Source: Zygophlyctis sp. KS116 (taxonomy: Eukaryota; Fungi; Chytridiomycota). From it: 8,867 nt of DNA. Position 1 is the first letter of the stretch, and every line of letters begins with the position of its first letter. Shown here piece by piece: positions 1 to 7,015 of this stretch. The notes under the pieces are model-generated. The model ran no database searches, was not told the DNA's origin, and saw nothing but the letters and a program-made list of their open reading frames with translations. The stretch lies in NCBI GenBank assembly GCA_054661495.1, contig BAAFSQ010000363.1, positions 1 to 8,867 of the forward strand. The letters are read 5' to 3'. A program made the position numbers and the translations under genes.

Positions 1-801
1 CTTTTAGAATTTTCTGACAGTGTTCTTCAAAATCTTCCATATCAGAGTGTTCTTTGATCATATCCACAATTTCAATATACACGGAATTTAAATATTTTAA
101 AACATCATCCAAATTATGAGAATTAATCCAATTATGATTGATTGATAGAGTTTCTCCAATATTAAGGACTTGATGGTACCATCCACTACCAATTAAATAC
201 AAAAAAATTACGATGGCACAAACATAATTTGACCCGGACCTTGCATAATCTCTTGAACGACAACCTTTTCTGCATCTCTAAACCCAGAAAGATCATAATT
301 GTTTATATTTTCTAGCACATTTCCAAATTTATCTTTTAGAAAACCTTCTTGCTCTGGAGAAACAAAAATCCATTTTTTAAATCCAGTCAAATTAACTGAC
401 CATGAAAATGACTTTAGTACATCATGATGCATCCGAGTCCAAGATCCATCAAGACCTAAATATAGAAATCTGTAGTCATCTAATCCTACATGATCCGAAT
501 ATTCATTCAAGAAATCATCTTGCAAGATTTTTGGTAATTTATAAGGCTCCTTGATTTCCTTGAAAAAATGAAAATCCTTCAAGTAGTAATTTTTTTCTCT
601 CATGCATACTATTGCCTCTTTAAACGTACATACAATCTTTTCCTGCTTAGGATCCATAAAATCAGACACTGATACTTTACAATGACCAAAGTACTCTAAA
701 AGTCTGTCATAGTCTGGAATATCATCTCTTGTCCATGCATTCATTCCTGGCCAGTCTAGAGTTTCTGTGAGGATCTGCGGTCTAAACCAATCAAAATTCA
801 T
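1..801 (-). CDS. JMJD4: JmjC-domain 2-oxoglutarate/Fe(II) oxygenase, JMJD4-like; exons 801-212 and 185-<1, intron 186-211 (26 nt); 3' end runs off the window
   Basis: Motifs YYLKDFHF, DDYRFLYLG..SWTRMHHDVLKSFSWSVNLTGFKKW (HxD iron ligands). Removing GTAATT...GGTAG restores FVPSGWYHQVLNIGETLSINHNWIN (distal His), typical of JMJD4. Confidence 0.88.
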
Positions 802-900
802 TCTAACAATTGAAGCTTTGACTTTAGGTGAATGCCTCAGATTCGAGGGCCGACAAGATAAGTCAAATCGTGGCGCAATTTTTTTATCAAAAGTTTAAAA
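802..900. promoter_or_regulatory. Putative bidirectional promoter between JMJD4 and RPL7
   Basis: Only 99 nt separate the divergent start codons. Inferred from geometry; no specific site recognised. Confidence 0.5.
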
Positions 901-1767
901 ATGTAAGTTTCTCAATCTAAATTTCAGGACAATGAATACAGTCCCAGAGTCAGTTTTAAAGAAGAGAAAGACTACAGAAAAGATTGCTGCAGCTAGATTG
1001 GCTGAAGCTGTTCAAAGAAAAAAGGTATTTATAAAAATGCAGATGTGATGATCCATTTTTGCAAGCGAAGCTTAATGCAGTGTAGCTACATTTAACCATC
1101 TTTCGGGACTGATCTGCATTCATATTTACTAATCTATTAGGATAATAAGGCAAAACGTCGGGTTATTTTTAAGAGAGCTGAAGCATATGTCAAGGAATAT
1201 CAGTCAAAGGAAAGGGATACAATTAGATTGTCTCGTCAGGCTAAAGCTATGGGTTCATTCTATGTGCCTGAAGAAGCTAAATTGGCATTTGTTGTTCGAA
1301 TTAAGGGTATCAATAAGTTGGCTCCCAAACCTAGAAAAATTCTTCAGTTACTTCGTTTGAATCGAATTAATACTGGAACTTTTGTTCGCTTAAATAAAGC
1401 CACTCTTCAAATGCTTCAATGGGTTGGTCCTTATGTGTCATGGGGTTATCCAAACTTGAAAACTGTTAGAGAATTGATTTATAAAAGAGGCTTTGCTAAA
1501 GTAGATAAGCAAAGAATTCCAATCTCTGATAATTCAGTCATTGAAAAGGCATTGGGAGAATTTGGAATTATTTGTGTCGAAGATTTAATTCATACAATAG
1601 TCACTGTAGGCCCAGCCTTTAAACAAGCAAATGGTTTTCTTTGGCCTTTTACTCTCTCTAATCCTACTGGAGGATTTAAAGGGAAAAAATCTATCCATTT
1701 TATTGAAGGAGGTGAAAATGGAAATCGTGAAGATAAGATCAATGGATTAGTTCAAAGAATGCTTTAA
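901..1767 (+). CDS. RPL7: 60S ribosomal protein L7 (uL30); exons 901-902, 928-1024, 1141-1767; introns 903-927 (25 nt) and 1025-1140 (116 nt)
   Basis: Spliced protein [15 protein letters not shown]...[16 protein letters not shown]...[34 protein letters not shown]...[17 protein letters not shown]...[15 protein letters not shown]. Intron 2 has branch site TACTAAT (1127-1133). ATG 932 is an alternative start. Confidence 0.97.
1036..1120 (+). ncRNA. snR39B: Intronic box C/D snoRNA, predicted guide for LSU rRNA Gm805 (yeast numbering), snR39B/SNORD2-type specificity
   Basis: 8-bp terminal stem AATGCAGA (1036-1043)/TCTGCATT (1113-1120); box C GTGATGA (1045-1051); box D CTGA (1109-1112). Guide ACCATCTTTCGGG (1095-1107) is the exact complement of conserved LSU CCCGAAAGAUGGU; the D+5 base pairs with the G of CCCG. 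Confidence 0.92.
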
Positions 1768-1775
1768 ATTGATAT

Positions 1776-1781
1776 AATAAA
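1776..1781 (+). terminator. Candidate polyadenylation signal of RPL7
   Basis: AATAAA 8 nt after the RPL7 stop; AT-rich background makes this weak evidence. Confidence 0.4.
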
Positions 1782-1868
1782 GAGTTATTACTAATTCGAG
1801 CTTTTTATCTTTTGAAGTTTAAAAGTAATTTATGAATATGAAACATTTGATCTGGAATTGCATTATAT

Positions 1869-2162
1869 CTAGCCAAAAGCCACTGTTGTTGAATAATTAC
1901 AGATTAAACTTCCGTCTACAGCATAGCAATCGTACAAGTCTTGAACGATTGCATCTGGCATTGGCGCGAAACTGGAATTGATATATAAGAACTCTAGTTA
2001 GATTAAGCTAATTACTAGCAAGTCATTTTCTTTTAGTCCTAATAGCTTCAATAATAATACTTTAACAGCTGCAAATGTATTATCCCCACTGAGTTTGTAA
2101 AATGGTTGTTTTAGGATTGGAGCACTTCCAATGGCTTTGAATTGGAAAACCACTTTGCTCAT
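1869..2162 (-). CDS. ATG12: Ubiquitin-like autophagy protein Atg12, 89 aa; exons 2162-2016 and 1991-1869, intron 1992-2015 (24 nt)
   Basis: Spliced protein MSKVVFQFKAIGSAPILKQPFYKLSGDNTFAAVKVLLLKLLGLKENDLL/FLYINSSFAPMPDAIVQDLYDCYAVDGSLICNYSTTVAFG*. It has the Atg12 hallmarks KAIGSAPILK, FLYINSSFAP.PD and C-terminal AFG with the conjugating glycine. Confidence 0.95.
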
Positions 2163-2208
2163 TTCTACACAATAAAAGTCTAGAGTTCGAACCCCATCAG
2201 AATTTTTT
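2163..2208. promoter_or_regulatory. Putative minimal bidirectional promoter between ATG12 and the STRAD-like gene
   Basis: 46 nt between the divergent ATGs at 2162 and 2209. Confidence 0.5.
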
Positions 2209-3210
2209 ATGCAAAATTTTGAATTGTTGTCCGATATCGGTAATTCGAATTGCTTATCGTAGGAGGAATAGAGGATATATCATATTTATATCTTGCTAGA
2301 TATACATCAAAAGATACGTTTGTATCTTTAAAATATACTGATCTGACATTATCAACAGACTTTGAGTTGATTCAGGAATTGCAGGTAACATGGTCTGTCT
2401 CGCTTACCAAAGAGGACAATACTAAATACTAAAATATGCAAGCATGACAATATATTGCCTTATTTTGAATCCTTTACGGAAGGAGAACAGCTGTGGACAG
2501 TAACATTACCATCAGAACGAGGTAATTGTAAATATTCAAGTTTAAGGGACGTGTAAGAACATACTTAAGTCGGCACCAGAGGGACTGAATCAAAATCAAG
2601 TCGCATTTGTTTTAAAGGGGGTCTTAAAGGCTCTCATGTATTTACATTCAAATCATATGATTCACAAGTAATTTTTTTCATATAATGCTAGTGATGTTAG
2701 AGCTGATAACATTGTGATTGATTCAGATGGCCAGGTTAAATTAACAGGCTTAAGACAAGTCACTCATTTGAATAAAGACGGAGAGTATCTAGATTCTATT
2801 TTCTCTTTAATTGGTGATAATCTTGAATGGGCATCACCTGAAATATTGGCGCAGGTAATATTTGTTGCTTTAAAGGTAGAATACGAATTATACAACTTCT
2901 GCAGATATATATAGTGTAGGAATAACAGCATTAGAGCTCTTCTTTAATAAAACTCCTTTTGATGACTGGCCACCGTTAAAGGTATACTTTTTCAACTCAA
3001 ATCTAGATTTTACAGTGTAAAATTGAATATCAAGTTCCAAAAATAATATCAGATAAATCCATGGACAAAAATATGTCTGATTTCATCCAATTATGTGTAA
3101 GAAAAAATCCAGCTGAAAGGTAACTACCAGAAATTAAATTTAGACCAACTGCCGAAGAGCTGCTAAAGCATCATTTCATTAAGGCGACTAAATTACAAAA
3201 ATTTACTTGA
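2209..3210 (+). CDS. STRAD: STE20-family pseudokinase, STRAD-like, 275 aa; exons 2209-2239, 2263-2384, 2413-2521, 2547-2667, 2692-2854, 2880-2981, 3007-3119, 3144-3210
   Basis: Seven GT-AG introns (23,28,25,24,25,25,24 nt) give an open kinase fold: KHDNILPYFESF, VAFVLKGVLKALMYLH, IHNDVRADNIVI, VKLTGLR (GLR replacing DFG as in STRAD-alpha), LEWASPEILAQN, ADIYSVGITALEL, PFDDWPPLKIL, ERPTAEELLKHHFIK. Confidence 0.8.
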
Positions 3211-4530
3211 ATAGATAGAATCCTTATCTAGATTTTGAAATGACATTAAACCATAACTCTCTCCACCAGAAAGTATTTTTGAACCTTGGTCAATTTTATA
3301 TTCACCTCGACAATTCCATAAACATTCTGAATTCAATAGTCGTTGCGCTAAAATGAACAGTCTTGGCAGCTTCTCTTCATTTTCTATCCAAAATGTTCTC
3401 ATATCTAATCCTCCATAATTGTCCTTTTCTTTCCAATATTCTTCAACCTTTGCAATTAATTTTTAAGGATTACTTCGTCCTCAATGGCAAATGTTTGATC
3501 AAATGGCGACCTTATCCTTCTATTCTTATCTATAAAAATACTTGAAGACTGTAATTTGTCCCATTCTTTTCTACAAGTTTCCTTCAGAAGTAATTTGAAA
3601 TCTGATGATTGATCATTTATGAAAATATCAGACTTTGTGAATATAGAAGGATCCAACAACGACCCAATAAAAAACGCCGAATTTTGATAAGACTTATAGC
3701 AATCTTCAATTTTGGACTTTAAATGACTTATGAATTTCATCGTTTTTTCGCAATAATCGTAATCATTTGCTTGAGAAATTGAGTGAATTCGATGAAGTGA
3801 TTCGTTAAAAATGGAAGATAAATGTATATAAGATGAATATTTTACATCATCACCCAGCTGAGAAGATCGTTCGCGCACAGTAAATTCTTTCAAGAATTCA
3901 GTTGATAGTTTGAGTTCTTTAAAATCGGCATTTCGGGCAATCCAAGATTCCGTAATATTAATCAAATCTTGATAATGGCAGTTCACAGAAAAACACAACT
4001 GAATATTAGGATTCTGGATGCATAAGCGTTCATGAAGTTTAGAAATTGAATGTTTCAGTTTTATATCGGCTATAATGATGGCAGAGACTTTCGCAACCAA
4101 TCCTAAGTCCACTATTTGTTCATAAACTACTTTTATATATTGATGTTCAGAATTGATTGGTAAAGAAAAGAGATTAAACCTTAGTGTTTTCATCCCCCTA
4201 GAAAAAAATGCTACTTGACAAACAAGTAATTCTTTCCGTATGACGAAAAATATCAGATTAAAGAAACTGGATTCACTAGAAATTATACTTGAGATTCGGT
4301 TAATATGTAGCTTATCCATAAGTTCAATTTTTTCCCGAGTTTTTCCATTCAAAAAACTACTGGTACTGAGATTAGATAAAAATGGCTTCAAATCATTGGT
4401 CGGTAAATTTGCAGCATTAATTGATTCAAATAATGACCGAGTATCCTCCGCCTTAAGCAAAGAAATATTTGCCAATGGATGGCGAGCCAAATCGAAACTA
4501 CTTATCATAAAAGATCGACCTAATAATGAA
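3193..4530 (-). mobile_element. hAT-transposase-derived coding region, probably domesticated and immobile; left boundary approximate
   Basis: Recognised by eye: the 'L..WGI..KV..IVTD'-like block, an LLDP block and the C-terminal dimerization-like 'E...Y...D...FW......P.L..LA..LL'. The S..SER.FS catalytic-Glu motif is absent, and I found no TIRs or TSDs. Confidence 0.6.
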
Positions 4531-6089
4531 AAACATTCCACCTCGTCAAATTCATTCGCTCTTAACTTAACCTTAAATTTTTTAATGGGGAAATCAATTC
4601 GACATTTAGTCTGAGTGATGTCATTTTTAAAATACAGGAGCGGATCTGGCCTAGCGGGGAAGCAATACAAGGACATGATATCTTCTTTCCTAACATAAAT
4701 TGAACTTGAGACGTACCTCATCGATCCTTCAGATATTTCATACGAGAATTCAAATGGTTCTCTAATAGATTTTCTTTTCTTTGGGTTTGCTGTTTCGGAA
4801 TTCCCTTGATTTTGAATGGTAACATTACAAGATTTATCATTCTTTGAGCAAAATTCACAAACTTTATCAATCCAAATGCAATTGATTTTCTATAATTAAA
4901 TAAAAAAAATACTCTGATAAAGCAATAATCACATTTTTTTAAAGATGATTGGGCAGCCGCAGTGCGATCTTCAATCTTAGTATGTTGAATACTTTTTGAA
5001 AATGAACGCAGAGGTAGAGGTTCAAAATTTTGAATTATATCGGAGTCATCAGAATCGCTTGTTTCTAAACTATTAGCACGACTTCTAAATATCAGAAGAG
5101 ATCCAAATTACATAGATTCTGATACAATGATATTTTGTAATAATGTTGATGAAAATAGATCACATGGTCCTTTTAGATGAAACGCCAATTTTTGAGATCC
5201 AGAAAAATCAACTTCTTGAAAATCCATCAATATTGATACAACATTTCTACTTATCAATCGCGTTACAAAGGATTTGATAGCTCTTATCTCTAAGGATGTA
5301 CCTATTATTAACAAAAGGTCTGGAGAGCTTGAAAAATCAATATCAAAAATTTGTGAAATCAAATGACCTTATCTAGTTATATCTTAAGATTCTATACCGT
5401 CAGGATTTGGACCCCCATTCTGTAAAACAACAAATGTCTGAAGTTTACCAACAGGCCTCTGTCTTTTATTTTCTGCCCTAGATCTGTTAGTTTCTTCACA
5501 GGAAGGACACGCAATATCACACTTATCGATTTGAAGCCGTTTGGCTAATTCGACTGTAAATTTTGTAGTATAATGGCACACACCACAAAACAGTTTTCGT
5601 AGATGGCCTATCTTTAGACTGCAAATCATACCATGTAATTGCACTACCTTGTTTTCTAGTTGAGCGTCAGATAAACTAGAGACTCTTTTTAGTCCAGATT
5701 GTGCTTCCAAGTCATCTATATTTTGAGTATAAATTCTCTTCAATCGCCCAGAGTCTGCCAATTTCTTTAAAAAAATATGAGTATCCGACGGAGCAGCAGT
5801 TTGCAGCATCATTTTCATATCTCCAATCTAAACAATTTAATTTCTGCTCGATTACCATTTGCAAGTATTTCCTTCCAATAGCTTGATCTGAATGAACTTG
5901 TACATAATCAAAAACATGTTTTCCATATTTCGAATAAATCCCTTCTGGTCCTCCCCGAAATGCAGGAATTCCACAAGACGTTGACATTCCTGCTCCAACA
6001 ACAGCAATTATATTCGATGATTTGTTCAGGATATTGATCACTTGTGAGAACTGCGCAGTGTCTGGAGAAGTAAATACTATGGGTGGCAT
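3193..6089 (-). CDS. Sirtuin (Hst3/Hst4-like) - Zn(II)2Cys6 - NLS - degenerate hAT transposase-like fusion protein, ~912 aa; exons 6089-5856, 5827-5632, 5607-5398, 5367-5112, 5084-4913, 4889-3474, 3447-3193
   Basis: Six GT-AG introns (28,24,30,27,23,26 nt) yield a 2739-nt stop-free frame. Sirtuin motifs GAGMSTSCGIPAFRG, YTQNIDDLE, QLHG, CGVC...CPSC, LLIIGTSL; Zn cluster CDYCFIRKINCIWIDKVCEFCSKNDKSC; PKKRK; hAT-like blocks LGLVAKVSAIIIAD, GSLLDPS, EVEEYW...FWIENEEKLPRLFILAQRLL. Confidence 0.8.
4827..4933 (-). other. Zn(II)2Cys6 binuclear cluster (GAL4-type DNA-binding domain), split by intron 4890-4912
   Basis: Exact C-x2-C-x6-C-x6-C-x2-C-x6-C spacing with basic RK between Cys2 and Cys3. It appears only after removing the 23-nt intron. 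Confidence 0.88.
5112..6089 (-). other. Sirtuin (SIR2-family NAD+-dependent deacylase) domain of the fusion gene, class Ic Hst3/Hst4-like
   Basis: All core motifs occur in order after splicing. RPVGKLQTFVVLQNGGPNPDG and PDLLLIIGTSLEI resemble the Hst3/Hst4 segments G.LRP.IVLY.E.HP.G and PD.LII.GTSLK. Confidence 0.9.
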
Positions 6090-6129
6090 ATGTTCAAGTT
6101 TAGGTTAAAAAAGTCCAAATCGGTATCTT

Positions 6130-6893
6130 CTATTCAAAACTAGTATTATATAGTCTTTGATAATAATTCATCAATGCAAAATCATTTTCTGTCAATGGAG
6201 TCAATGCCGCCCAGCCCTTTTCAAATTCTATATCTACATCTGAAATATGCCCTATGCTATCCTCTGGTACTGGAACAATCCAAGTCTCTTCTCTAGATCG
6301 TTTTTGCTAAATTTAGATTTGACATGCTTACTCTTTCACGGTCTTCTTCCATTCTTTTCAAAATTATATTTGGATCTCTCATATTATTATCATTATGCAA
6401 AATAGACAATAATGCAGTTGACTTGGCCTATACAAATGAGCAATAAAACAATTACCTTTTCAAGAATAATTTTTAGAGAAGAATCAATTTGTTCAAATAA
6501 CTCGTTTCTTAAGATTGCTTTTACTTTCCATTGAGTCAAAACTTTTCTTAATTGATAAACATTGGCTATTCCATCATCGGATTTGTTGGCTTGATCAACA
6601 ACTAAAGAAACTATTTCCTCTAATTTGGCCATTATTTGATCTACATAGCCATAAAACTGTAGTTTTGAAGCATGTTTACAAAGAGAATCCAAAACATAAA
6701 ATACATTAAGACGATTCAACGGAGGTGTTAAATTTAAATTCTCAATCAAAAGAATAAATAATTCTTCATAGTACTCTCTATGAGAATAACAAAAGTCAAC
6801 AATCCTTTGAATTTGGGAAGCAGATAGTTTCTTTTTAATGTTTTCAGTAAATACTGATCGGACAGTAAATATATCAGAGTAATGGGCTTCCAT
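6130..6893 (-). CDS. CTK3: CTD kinase I gamma subunit (Ctk3), ~236 aa; exons 6893-6456, 6427-6332, 6306-6130
   Basis: N-terminal CID-like region (DIFTVRSVF...NRLNVFYVLDSL...GIANVYQLRKVL). Removing 28- and 25-nt introns gives the Ctk3 C-terminal signature ILKRMEEDRERQKRSREETWIVP...EFEKGW. Start placed at ATG 6893 rather than TTG 6959. Confidence 0.88.
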
Positions 6894-7015
6894 AAACTTT
6901 CTGACGGTTGATTGTGCGGTGTAGGTCTTCACATTCTTTAATCTCAATGATGTGACCAATATTTATTCCCAAAATTCCCTATTTCTTGTATATAGATTAT
7001 TATTTAATAAAAATA

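Noticed and set aside
1961-1971. TTGGCGCGAAA, a perfect E2F-type site
   Set aside because: It lies inside ATG12 exon 2 and encodes the conserved S-F-A-P motif, so coding constraint explains it.
2170-2208. tRNA gene around GTTCGAACCCC
   Set aside because: No cloverleaf can be formed and the spacer is too short.
4240-4614. 124-aa plus-strand ORF, and the short ORFs at 956-1153, 3363-3545, 5701-5886, 6515-6709, 6952-7137 and 7783-8052
   Set aside because: Antisense shadows of well-supported genes, with no recognisable motifs.
5108-6089. Sirtuin as a frameshifted pseudogene, or a bacterial Sir2/Thoeris-type defence gene
   Set aside because: Every frame break coincides with a GT-AG micro-intron; motifs and context are eukaryotic class I sirtuin.
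3193-6129. Intact autonomous hAT transposon with TIRs and TSD
   Set aside because: No terminal inverted repeats or 8-bp duplication found by eye, flanks are host coding sequence, and catalytic motifs are degenerate.
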